Source of the DNA: a virus
Lineage: Duplodnaviria > Caudoviricetes
Length of the DNA stretch: 64,000 nucleotides
Virus record (IMG/VR): IMGVR_UViG_3300032038_000010
Coordinates: 72,946 to 136,945 of that record
Reading direction: 5' to 3' (one strand)
The notes below the pieces were generated by a model. It searched no databases. It had not been told where the DNA came from and saw only the letters and a program-made list of their open reading frames with translations. A program made the translations under genes and the position numbers. This document shows positions 52,963-62,334 of the stretch, in pieces (positions within the stretch are counted from its first letter, which is position 1; each line of letters starts with the position of its first letter).

Positions 52963-53415
52963 ATGGAAAAACAGTTAGTGCTTGATATGGACGGAACATT
53001 CGTTGATTTGTATGGCGTTCAAAATTGGTTGCCAATGCTCAAGGTAGAAAGTGTAGAACCTTACGCAACCGCTAAACCGCTTTATGATATTGATGTAATC
53101 AATGCTTTACTTAATATTCTTAAAGGCTACGGCTTCCGCATTATCGTTGTTTCTTGGACTGCTAAAAATGGCTCAAGAGCCTACAATCAAGCGGTTAGAA
53201 AAGCTAAAATTGAATGGCTCAAGGCTCACAAAATGCCGATTGATGAAATTCACGTTGTCAAGTATGGCACACCAAAATATCGACTTGTCAAGGGTAACGC
53301 AATTCTCATTGATGATGAAGAACCAAACCGCAATAGTTGGACAAGAGGAAAAGCAATCGACCCCACAGACGGGCTGATTGATAAATTGCTCGATTTGGTA
53401 CTCGAAAACTCTTGA
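52963..53415 (+). CDS. HAD-family phosphatase / 5'-nucleotidase-like (paralog of 50657)
   Basis: LDMDGT and ILIDD; shared EIHVVKYGTPK. Confidence 0.8.
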   Translation: MEKQLVLDMDGTFVDLYGVQNWLPMLKVESVEPYATAKPLYDIDVINALLNILKGYGFRIIVVSWTAKNGSRAYNQAVRKAKIEWLKAHKMPIDEIHVVKYGTPKYRLVKGNAILIDDEEPNRNSWTRGKAIDPTDGLIDKLLDLVLENS

Positions 53416-53472
53416 CAAAACCGCCGCAAGGCGATATAATAAAATCACAAAAGAACAAAAGGAGGTTCTAAT

Positions 53473-53613
53473 ATGACAGCAGTATCTTATGAAATCTACA
53501 ATGCGTTCGGAACTGTGGTTGAGGTTGTAAAGTCTTGGGAACTTGCAAAGGCAAGAGCAAAGGCAGTTGGAGGAGCTTACAAAATTATTTATACGCCAGT
53601 TAATGCATTTTAA
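53473..53613 (+). CDS. Small early protein
   Basis: AGGAGG RBS; 46 aa. Confidence 0.65.
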   Translation: MTAVSYEIYNAFGTVVEVVKSWELAKARAKAVGGAYKIIYTPVNAF

Positions 53614-53820
53614 TGCGGGCGCCCGCTCAGAAATCACTCCTGGGCGGGTTTTTTGTGGCTCGCGACCGGGCGCCGCGAGCCATTCTTTCATTATAGCATA
53701 CCTATACCACTTTTGTCAATGGTAAATTTGCACAAAAAATTTCTTAATTTAATCCCAAAATTGTGCTTGACATTTTTCTTATCTTTTGTTATAATGTATT
53801 CAGAAAGTGAGGTAAGGCTT

Positions 53821-54069
53821 ATGAACAATATTAAACTCATTAAAAGCGATAATAATTATAGATTAGAGTTATGGGGCGCAAGCACTAAACACCCTGATGT
53901 TGTTTATGATATGGAAAATGACATCAAAGAAGGGCGGTTTTGCCTTTGCCCTTATGAAGAGAGCAAAGAGTGGAACTTATACCAGTGGGTTCTCTACTGC
54001 GCAAGCCGTACAATGTGGAGAACAACAGCGATTCAGTTAGTAGAGTATGCGAATATTTTACTGAATTAA
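53821..54069 (+). CDS. Hypothetical early protein
   Basis: GAGGT RBS before ATG 53821. Confidence 0.65.
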   Translation: MNNIKLIKSDNNYRLELWGASTKHPDVVYDMENDIKEGRFCLCPYEESKEWNLYQWVLYCASRTMWRTTAIQLVEYANILLN

Positions 54070-54438
54070 TTTTAAGAGGGCGGGCGACCGCTCTCTTTTT
54101 TGTCGGTCTGTGTGCGGCCGCCCACAGACCGAAATTTTATTATAGCACACCTAGCGACATTTTGTCAATAGGAATTTTGCACAAATATTTTCTTGATTTG
54201 ATCCTGATATTTGTGCATTATTACCAGTTGACTTTTACAGCTGACCGCGTTATAATGTATTCAGAAAGTGAGGTAATATTTATGAAGATTATCCCTATTG
54301 TAATTAAGCGCAAACTAAAAACAGAAGTCAATCTTGATGAATTAAGAAAAAACTTTTAGAAAAAAATCAAAAAATGCTTGACAAGGCTTCAATTATGTGT
54401 TATACTAAAGTCATCAAATGAAAGAGAGGTTAAAATCC

Positions 54439-55134
54439 TTGGATAAAAGAATTAGTTACAAAATTGTGCTTGATACAGAAACTTGCCCTATTGATAAAGA
54501 CTTTCAAGGGGTTGACCCTTCTAATATGTGGGTGTACGATTGCGGTTGGGCGGTTGTTGACAAGCGGGGGAATGTTTACAAAACAAGGTCTTTTGTAAAC
54601 GCTGACATTTTCCTTGGTGAAAAGGACTTGATAAAATCGGCTTACTATGCGAACAAAATTCCTAAATATTGGGAAGAAATCAAAAGTGGAAAGCGGATTT
54701 TGACAAGTTTCTACAATATCCGCAAGGCTCTTTTGGAAGATGTGGAAATGTTTCACGTGAAACAAGTCTACGCCCACAATATGCGGTTTGACCTTGGTAC
54801 ATTGAACGTAACAGAACGCTGGCTCACAAAATCAAAATATCGCTACTTTTTTCCCTATGGCGTTGAAATCTGCGATACGCTTAAAATGTCAAGAGATGTA
54901 ATCGCTACAATGCCAACTTACAGAAAATTCTGTGAAGAAAATAATTACTTCACAAAAAATGGTCAAGTTCGGCTTACTGCTGAAATTATTTACAGATTTA
55001 TTACAAAAGATAATGACTTCACTGAAAAACATACAGGGCTTGAAGATGTGATGATTGAGAAAGAAATTCTTGCCTACTGTTTTAAACAACATAAAAAAAT
55101 GCGCCGTTTATTATACGATAAGCAGGCCGCATAG
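54439..55134 (+). CDS. DEDDh 3'-5' exonuclease
   Basis: LDTET, AHNMRFD and HTGLEDV motifs; TTG start after GAGAGG; ends at TAG before a terminator hairpin. Confidence 0.85.
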   Translation: MDKRISYKIVLDTETCPIDKDFQGVDPSNMWVYDCGWAVVDKRGNVYKTRSFVNADIFLGEKDLIKSAYYANKIPKYWEEIKSGKRILTSFYNIRKALLEDVEMFHVKQVYAHNMRFDLGTLNVTERWLTKSKYRYFFPYGVEICDTLKMSRDVIATMPTYRKFCEENNYFTKNGQVRLTAEIIYRFITKDNDFTEKHTGLEDVMIEKEILAYCFKQHKKMRRLLYDKQAA

Positions 55135-55727
55135 TCAAGAGGGCAGGTTGCACAAAAAGCGGCCTGCCTATTTTATTACTTTTGCCTATTGACTTTTGGC
55201 GGGCCGCGTGTGACCGCACGCGGCCGAAATTCCATTATACCACACGCTGAGCCATTTTGTCAAGCGATTTTTTCAAAAATATTGCACAAATTTAAATCCT
55301 AAAATTTGTGCAATTTACCTATTGTAAAAGCAAAAATTTTTTGCTATAATGTATTTACAAGGTAAGGAAAGAGAGAGCGCCAAGGCTTCAAGTAAGTTTC
55401 TGTTTGTGGGTATACCCCATGGGTAGGGTGCTGAAAGAAGTACACCGCAAAGGAATTTCAAAAAAAATTTCAAAAAACTCTTGACAAACCAAAAAGTAAA
55501 TGCTATAATGTATTTACAAGATAAGAAAAGGGGTGCTACTTAATGAATAAGTGTTGTATGTAAGCGCAACAAGAGTTGCAAGTAGTAGCGGTAAATCCGA
55601 TTGTAAATCTACTTGCTTGAAGAATGAGCGCAACGACATAAAAAATTTCTTCAAAAAAACTCTTGACAATTAAAAACTTCTATGATATAATAAGTACATA
55701 AGATAAAAAAAGAAAGAGGTATTATTT

Positions 55728-56072
55728 ATGACAAAGGTAGAAATGTTTAACGCAATCAAGGCTGTTTCAGAGGTTTCCGCAAATGCTGATATGGTGGCTT
55801 TTATTGACCACGAAATCGAACTGCTTTCCAAGCGTAGCGGTAAGAAGTCTGAAACCAAGACTCAGAAGGAAAACAAGGGCATCAAGCAGGCAATCCTTGA
55901 GGTTCTTGCTACTCTTGACGCTCCTGTGACTGTATCTGAACTCATCAAGGCTGATGACGTTTTCGCAGACCTCTCCAATCAGAAGATATCGGCTCTTCTC
56001 CGTCAGCTGATTGAAGATGGCAAGGTCGTCAAGACCACCGAAAAGAAGGTATCACGCTTCGCTCTGGCGTGA
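55728..56072 (+). CDS. Winged-HTH protein, paralog 2 of 3
   Basis: TVSEL...SNQKISALLRQL...VVKT.EKK. Confidence 0.8.
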   Translation: MTKVEMFNAIKAVSEVSANADMVAFIDHEIELLSKRSGKKSETKTQKENKGIKQAILEVLATLDAPVTVSELIKADDVFADLSNQKISALLRQLIEDGKVVKTTEKKVSRFALA

Positions 56073-56346
56073 GCCTGCCACAACTGAATAATGTACACAC
56101 CCCTACAGCAATGTAGGGGTGTTTTTTGTGCTTGACTTTTCGGGCGGTTCGCGGGCGGCCGCCGCGAACCGAAAACTCCATTATAACACTAGTCGGTCAT
56201 TTTGTCAATAGTAATTTTGCACAAATTTTCAGTATCTAGCCTCCCGAAATTTCGTGATTTTTACTATTGATTTTTTTTATTTTTTATGTTATAATTTATT
56301 TACAAAAGATAAAGGAGAGCAATTATGTATCGGAAAGGAAACAAAA

Positions 56347-56493
56347 ATGATAGAAAGTTTAATTAGAGAGCTTTATAGGTTTCAAGATACGTTAGCTGAA
56401 TTTGTTCCTTCTGAAATTTGGCAATCATGGGCGGAGAATAATGAAAAAATAATTTTGTATTTAGAAAAAAAATATGAGAAAGAAAAAGATTAA
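56347..56493 (+). CDS. Small early protein
   Basis: AAGGA RBS. Confidence 0.5.
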   Translation: MIESLIRELYRFQDTLAEFVPSEIWQSWAENNEKIILYLEKKYEKEKD

Positions 56494-56573
56494 ATCTTCT
56501 TCTTTTTTTAAAAAATACTTGACAATACATTCCGCCTGTGGTATTATAATTACAGAAAGAGAGGGAAAGCGTT

Positions 56574-56912
56574 ATGGTAGACTTTGAGAAACTCATTCAG
56601 ACTATTATGAAAGAAGCAGAAGCAGACGGCGAGCCTGTAACCTATGAAGAAGCCAAAGAAATGGCGGAAATGGAAGTCAAGGCAAAGAAAGAAGTCAAGA
56701 ACGTCGTTCAAAGTGGCAAGAAGCGCAAGCCTAGCACAAGAGAGCGCAAGGTTGATGAAGAAAAGGGCGCAATCCTGCGTGACATCAAGGCTTTGCTTGA
56801 AGAGTTAGGCGCAATTAATACAGAAATGAAAACTGAAACAGAAGTAAGTTTTAGTTTCAATGGAAGTGAATATTCTGTGAAGTTGACAAAACATAGACCC
56901 AAAAAGGCTTGA
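56574..56912 (+). CDS. Hypothetical early protein (paralog of 58124)
   Basis: RERKVDEEKG...DIK.LLE.LGA...KTETEV.F.FNGSEY.VKLTKHRP. Confidence 0.8.
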   Translation: MVDFEKLIQTIMKEAEADGEPVTYEEAKEMAEMEVKAKKEVKNVVQSGKKRKPSTRERKVDEEKGAILRDIKALLEELGAINTEMKTETEVSFSFNGSEYSVKLTKHRPKKA

Positions 56913-56969
56913 CAAAAATTAAGCCTTATGATATACTTTAATCATCAAATGAAAGAGAGGTTAAAGCCA

Positions 56970-57164
56970 ATGTTTACAACTATGAATGATAGTGTATTTA
57001 CAACAAGACATAATGAAGTAATGGACGCTTTGCTCTTCACTTATGCGAAAGCCCACCCCGGAATCATACAGGCGGATGGCGAGGGTGGTTATAGGCCTAT
57101 GAATTTATGGGGGAAGTTAATTCTTGAACACTTGCGAGATTGTGATTTGATAACAGAAGTATGA
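56970..57164 (+). CDS. Small early protein
   Basis: GAGGT RBS. Confidence 0.6.
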   Translation: MFTTMNDSVFTTRHNEVMDALLFTYAKAHPGIIQADGEGGYRPMNLWGKLILEHLRDCDLITEV

Positions 57165-57520
57165 ACCTACACAGCAGGGCGACCGCGCCCTACTGTTTTG
57201 ATGCCTCGCGATCGGAGGTCGCGAGGCGAAATTTCCATTATAACACACGCTGCAAAATTTGTCAATAGTAAAATTGCACAAAAAATTAAAATATTTTATC
57301 CTAAAATTTGTGCATTTTACCTATTGTAAAAGTAAGAAATTTTTTGTATAATATCTATAGAAAGTGAGAGAGATAAAAGGAGCGAAGGTCAAGGCGCTCA
57401 AAAAAATCTCAAAAAAAATAAAAAAAGTCTTGACAAGCAAAAGAAAAAATGCTATAATGTATTTACAAGGTAAGGAAATAACTCCTTATCAAAATCAATC
57501 AAAAGAAAGAGGTGTTTCTT

Positions 57521-57868
57521 ATGACAAACAAGATTACTAAGGCTGAGATGTTCGCACAGATTAAGGCAGTTGCAGGTGTAGCACAGAACGCTGATATGGT
57601 AGCGTTTCTTGACAGAGAGATTGAGCTTGTCAACAAGCGCAATACTCGTAAGTCCTCCAAGCCGTCCAAGACACAGACTGAGAACGCTGGCATCAAGGAC
57701 TCTATCGCAGAGGTTCTCGCCAACGCTGATGGTGGTATGACTGTTACAGAGATTGCAAAGGCTCTTGATGGTGACTACTCCACTCAGAAGGTGTCTGCTC
57801 TGCTTCGTCAGATGGACAACGTAGTTAAGACCTATGAGAAGAAGGTGGCTCGTTTCACCCTCGCCTAA
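57521..57868 (+). CDS. Winged-HTH protein, paralog 3 of 3
   Basis: Very similar to the 52067 product. Confidence 0.8.
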   Translation: MTNKITKAEMFAQIKAVAGVAQNADMVAFLDREIELVNKRNTRKSSKPSKTQTENAGIKDSIAEVLANADGGMTVTEIAKALDGDYSTQKVSALLRQMDNVVKTYEKKVARFTLA

Positions 57869-58123
57869 GAGGCACAACAACTGAATATTGTCAAGGGGCA
57901 AGGTATACAAACCTTGCTCCTTTTTTTTGTGCAAAATTACTACTTGACAAATTTAATCAAGAGTGGTATAATCGGTGGCTCGCGGAGGGACGCCGCGAGC
58001 CATGATTTGTCAATTAGTAATACTAGCCAAATTTTTCATTTGACTTTTGTGAAAAATTACTACTTGATTTTTTCCCAAAATTTTTGTATAATACTTATAG
58101 AAAGTAAAAAAGAGGTGATAAGT

Positions 58124-58516
58124 ATGACATACAATTTCAATGGCAAGACACTTAATATCCCCGATACTGAGATTGAAAAGTCCATGAAGTGCCTGGAACT
58201 TACTAAAGATGAGGCTATTCAGCTCTGGCTTGAAGACAACGACTATGAAGTGAATGAAGAAGTCGAAGAACTCACCGCCAAGGCAAAAGCAAACAAGACA
58301 GACCGAGTACAGGCATCCGCAGGCAAAAGAAAGAAGGCTGAGAGAGAGCGAAAAGTTGATGAAGAAAAGGGTCGTCTGCTAGGTGATATTAAGGTACTTC
58401 TTGAGGGGCTTGGTGCTGACATCCACAGCGTAAAAACCGAAACTGAAGTCGCTTTTGCCTTTAATGGTAGCGAATATACTGTAAAACTCACTAAACATCG
58501 CCCTCCCAAGGCATAA
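58124..58516 (+). CDS. Hypothetical early protein (paralog of 56574)
   Basis: GAGGTG RBS; shared C-terminal domain. Confidence 0.8.
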   Translation: MTYNFNGKTLNIPDTEIEKSMKCLELTKDEAIQLWLEDNDYEVNEEVEELTAKAKANKTDRVQASAGKRKKAERERKVDEEKGRLLGDIKVLLEGLGADIHSVKTETEVAFAFNGSEYTVKLTKHRPPKA

Positions 58517-58723
58517 AGCCTCTCTTTTCAAGTCAAAAACCGCTATTTTCGGCGGTTTTTGGCTTATTTTAGGCTCTTGGTGTCGGCTTTTCGGTCGAAA
58601 AGCCGACAATTTATCTATTTTATGCAAGTTTTACATATTTTTTGAGCGATTTTTGTGCAAAATTACCACTTGCAATTCTCCCATAAAAGTGCTATACTAT
58701 AATCAGAAAGTGAGGTAAGACTT

Positions 58724-58939
58724 ATGAATACAGCAACAGTAGAAATCATAAAGGTTTGTCCCTTCTGTGGCAAGGTTAATCATCTGATTGTCAATCAAGA
58801 AATGTATAATCGTTGGATTGATGGAGAACCTATTCAGAAAGTATTTTATATGGTAGATGCCTCTGAGCGTGAATTGCTTATAAGCGGTATTTGTCACGAC
58901 TGTCAGAATGACTTTTTTGGAGGTGAGGATGATGAGTGA
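58724..58939 (+). CDS. Zn-binding small protein
   Basis: CPFCG...RELLISGICHDC. Confidence 0.75.
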   Translation: MNTATVEIIKVCPFCGKVNHLIVNQEMYNRWIDGEPIQKVFYMVDASERELLISGICHDCQNDFFGGEDDE

Positions 58940-59144
58940 AACAACAAAAATTAGAATCAAGATACTGAAGGGAATGAACGCCTACATCCTTGATGTGATA
59001 GGCGATGAAGATGTATTTGATGATTGGTGGACGAACGGCGTGCCAGACTCGCCTAGTGAAGAAGATTATGAAACAATAGCAAGTGATGATAACTCTTGGT
59101 ATTATGTCGTCAAGGTATTTGCTCGGTGTTGTGGTTATGAATGA
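58929..59144 (+). CDS. Hypothetical protein (W...GVPD motif)
   Basis: Coupled ORF. Confidence 0.7.
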   Translation: MMSETTKIRIKILKGMNAYILDVIGDEDVFDDWWTNGVPDSPSEEDYETIASDDNSWYYVVKVFARCCGYE

Positions 59145-59885
59145 TGCGGCGGCCCCCGATAGGTAATGCTATCGGGGGCCGTTATTTTTTGCGGCACGCT
59201 TTTGGCTCTGCCAGTGCCGCAAAATTTTATAAAAGTCAACCCTACATATTTCACAAATCGAAACCCAGAAAATTGTGCAATTTGCACAAATCCCGAAACG
59301 TCACTATGCTTCAAGCTCTGCTCGAAGCATTATATGGCTTGGCCTCATGGAACGGCGCGCTGCCGGCCGTAGCTGCGCCGTTTTTCCGACCCTAGGCCTA
59401 TATGCACTTTTTATATGGATGCTTGACTTAGATGTTTGGACTCCCGCTCTCCCGAAACTGAATATATGGCAGCAGGAGCTTGACAAATGAAAAAATTTTT
59501 GATATAATATTAAAAAAAGACTCTCAAGCTGCCGCTTGAGAGTTAAATGCTTCTGGTTCTATTGTATATATACTACTTATATGTATGGATTAGGCAAAAA
59601 TGTATCCCCCTATTATTATATCAAAAATTAAGTAAAAAGTCAAATCGGCATTTTCTGCTTAGATTTTTTAACCCAACGATTCAATCTTCAAAATGACAAA
59701 AGGAAAAGCACAGAGCTTAGTAAACTAAGCTCTGTGCTTAATAAAAATCTACTGGGAGGCCGCAGAAAATATGAAATTCAAGAGCAAGTGATAACGGTAA
59801 CGGGTGAGTATGCGGCAGCCGCATATAAGGTTAAGTAAATTTGCCAAGATTTTTTGACGAACGATTATTTGTTCAAAAACGCCAA

Positions 59886-59925
59886 ATTTTTGCTCCTGCT
59901 GCTCAAGAGGCAGCAGGAGCAAAAA
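59886..59925. terminator. Bidirectional terminator
   Basis: TTTTTGCTCCTGCTGCTC/GGGCAGCAGGAGCAAAAA. Confidence 0.75.
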
Positions 59926-59931
59926 TAAAAA

Positions 59932-60306
59932 TCAGTTAAGAGAGTCAATGAAAGCCTTTAAAGCATCCACTCCTTTATCTTTATCATTATCATGGACTTT
60001 ACTAGTCTTAGACTGGGCCTGCGCAACGATCCTTGCAAGAGTCTTAAGCTCATTTATCGTGCAATCATATTCTGCGGGCGCGTCCTTAGTCTCTATCGTG
60101 CCAGTTGCAATCTCAAAAGCAGTCATAGCATAGGCTAGATCCTCGATACATTCATGAAGGTCATAATCATCTGCGCTACCCCAGTATGCATTCCAACCAG
60201 GATTATCCTCATCTACCTGATACTGAGCACGAGCAAGCAACTTGATAATATCCTTTGCGGAAGTGCCGTTAGATAGCTCGTCATATAGTGTGTCATATAG
60301 TGACAT
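59932..60306 (-). CDS. Hypothetical protein
   Basis: AAGGAG RBS; 124 aa. Confidence 0.7.
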   Translation of the reverse strand: MSLYDTLYDELSNGTSAKDIIKLLARAQYQVDEDNPGWNAYWGSADDYDLHECIEDLAYAMTAFEIATGTIETKDAPAEYDCTINELKTLARIVAQAQSKTSKVHDNDKDKGVDALKAFIDSLN

Positions 60307-60451
60307 AGTGTTCTCCTTATTATATGGGTTGATTGGTTACTTTCGTTAATTATATTATATCAAAAATTTTTGCAAGAGTCAAAGGGCAACGTTTAGGAGT
60401 TAATTTATGGACATTACTTGACTGGTCCAGCGGCACCGCACACACGTCATA

Positions 60452-60600
60452 CATACTGCATATTATATCATATTCATACTGCATATTATATCATATTCAT
60501 ACCACACATACTGCATATTCATACTGCATATTATATCATACATACTGCATATTATATCATACGCATAGCATATTATATCATATTCATACTGCATATTATA
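60452..60600. repeat. Imperfect tandem repeat of CATACTGCATATTATATCATA
   Basis: About 7 full or partial copies. Confidence 0.85.
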
Positions 60601-61075
60601 TATAATATAGTACATACTATACTATATATACCGCGTATAATACATATATTATAATTATAATATATATAATATTATCCCCATCACATACTTTTATATAAAG
60701 TTATTTTAGGTACTCTTACTATCGCATCAAGTATTTCAATCGGTTTAAACTGTTCATTAATTTTCTCAGTTAAATAATTCCTTCTTCTCTACTTTTCCAA
60801 ATCAAACCATATAAAATACCTTCTTTATGTTCTTCTTGCAATAGTAAAGTAGCATTTACAGTCCCCCTACTGCAATTATATGCCCCCATTAATAACTTAC
60901 CTACAACCCCAATAGTACAATTATAATTATCTCCCCTCATCAAAATATTCAGTATTCCCCCTATTAAATTCATACGCCCCCAATATCCATTTCTCTATAC
61001 CCTCCATATGCGGCCGCCCCCGATCAATTAAGGCGACCCCCAAAATTACCATCTACCAGCGGCGCTCGCTCGTAA

Positions 61076-61345
61076 AATTCAACTTTTTCAACTGAGAATT
61101 CAGTTGAAAATTCAGTTGAATTTTTCTGTTTCAATTTTCAGCTTATCTTTATCGGTTTTCTGATTCAGTTGAATTTAAGTAAAATTCAACCAAAATCATT
61201 TAAAATTCAACAAAATCAAGTATTTTTACACAAAAAATTCAACAAAAATTCAGGTCAACCGCCTCGGGTCATCTGAATTTTTTACTGAATTTTATTAAAA
61301 TTCAAATTTTTCAACACCATTTTCAGTTGAATTTTTGCTTGAATT
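61076..61345. repeat. Cluster of AATTCAAC / TTCAGTTGAA repeats
   Basis: Many copies in both orientations, extending into the 3' end of the adjacent gene. Confidence 0.65.
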
Positions 61346-61804
61346 TGAATTTAAAAATTCATCTAACCCTATATCATCTGGAAATAACTCATCTGAATGA
61401 TCTAGCATATCTCCAGCTGTTATTTCAGCTCCTGCTTGTTTCCAACCTTCATTACTATATAACTGTCTATCTTTAGCACCAAGAATCCTATTCAATTCAG
61501 GAACCTTCATCCCTCTTTTTCTACCTTGATAAGCAGCTTTTCTACTATATAGACTTTTCTTATTTTTAGCAACAGCTTTGTTATGCTTATTAATTTTAGC
61601 ATAAGTATTCTGCATATTCATAACTTGCGGAGCTACTAATTCATAAAACATATTAATCTTATCATCATCAGAAGTTGGAATATCTCCACCATAAAGACCA
61701 TAATACACCAAATTGCCAAAAGCTTCAACTTGTTGTTCTTTTGTCCAATTTCTGGTAGTATCAGTCCATTTCTTCATAATCTTAACACTATCTATATCAT
61801 TCAT
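61295..61804 (-). CDS. DUF6291-like protein (replication-initiator N-terminal-like)
   Basis: AAGGAGG RBS before ATG 61804; EQQ.E.F..L..YGL.G.......I.M.Y.LV.PQ resembles DUF6291 (recalled). Confidence 0.5.
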   Translation of the reverse strand: MNDIDSVKIMKKWTDTTRNWTKEQQVEAFGNLVYYGLYGGDIPTSDDDKINMFYELVAPQVMNMQNTYAKINKHNKAVAKNKKSLYSRKAAYQGRKRGMKVPELNRILGAKDRQLYSNEGWKQAGAEITAGDMLDHSDELFPDDIGLDEFLNSNSSKNSTENGVEKFEF

Positions 61805-61988
61805 GGCGGCCTCCTTCAAAAATATCATCTAATGCCGCCTGAAGTTCATCAGTGCGTTTATAAGCCCAGCAAATTCTATTTTTATGCTTTCTATCTATCT
61901 TCTCAAAATCTGGCTTTATATTATAATCCGTTTCAAGACGAACTCTAAGCCACATTGGGAAAATATATCTATATAAACTATTTTCCAT
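61797..61988 (-). CDS. Small hypothetical protein
   Basis: 63 aa, coupled. Confidence 0.6.
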   Translation of the reverse strand: MENSLYRYIFPMWLRVRLETDYNIKPDFEKIDRKHKNRICWAYKRTDELQAALDDIFEGGRHE

Positions 61989-62073
61989 GTCATACCCTCA
62001 TTCCTCCCGCATTACACTTCAACTCTTTAACTTCTTTAACTTTACACATGACTTTTACACGGGATTACTTTCA

Positions 62074-62334
62074 TTAATAACCTTTATCTAACAAATACTC
62101 ATTTAATCTTTCAGCCTTATCTGCTGTCAGATTTCTAACTCCTCCAGTAAACTTATATATCACATCAAGCCCTATCTCACATTCTTGAGCAATCACTTTA
62201 TATGATATATTAGTATCAACTTTATAAATCTTTAATCTATGTAATAATTCTTTTTGATCCATTCTATCATCTCTCCTTGCGGTTGTCAGTTTTTTTCTTT
62301 CGACATATATTATAAAAAATAAGCCTAAACACAT
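62074..62334 (-). CDS. XRE-like HTH protein (true start probably about 62262)
   Basis: ISYKVIAQECEI....IYKF..G.RNL pattern. Confidence 0.65.
   Translation of the reverse strand: MCLGLFFIIYVERKKLTTARRDDRMDQKELLHRLKIYKVDTNISYKVIAQECEIGLDVIYKFTGGVRNLTADKAERLNEYLLDKGY

Larger units (their letters stand above)
47785..57320. repeat. Dispersed regulatory cassette, about 10 copies (GC hairpin, minus-strand promoter, TGCACAA/TTGTGCA inverted repeat)
   Basis: Minus-strand -10 boxes at 47866, 48489, 49609, 50508, 51665, 53690, 54139, 55234, 56180 and 57237, each with TTGACA 17-18 nt away. Confidence 0.85.

Noticed and set aside
47785-57320. CRISPR-like or IS interpretation of the dispersed cassettes
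   Set aside because: Copies are divergent, separated by whole genes and made of promoter elements; no transposase is present.
7804-58960. Numerous antisense or alternate-frame track ORFs overlapping real genes (e.g. 7811-8074, 11218-11646, 52076-52462, 57452-57934)
   Set aside because: Shadow ORFs of codon-biased genes, with no RBS or motifs.
59141-59490. Several overlapping track ORFs
   Set aside because: They cross terminator hairpins and cassette-like motifs, lack RBSs and do not look like proteins.
60452-60600. CRISPR array
   Set aside because: The repeats are contiguous with no unique spacers, and there are no cas genes.
60333-60654. His/Tyr/Ile-rich ORFs
   Set aside because: Translation artefacts of the tandem repeat.
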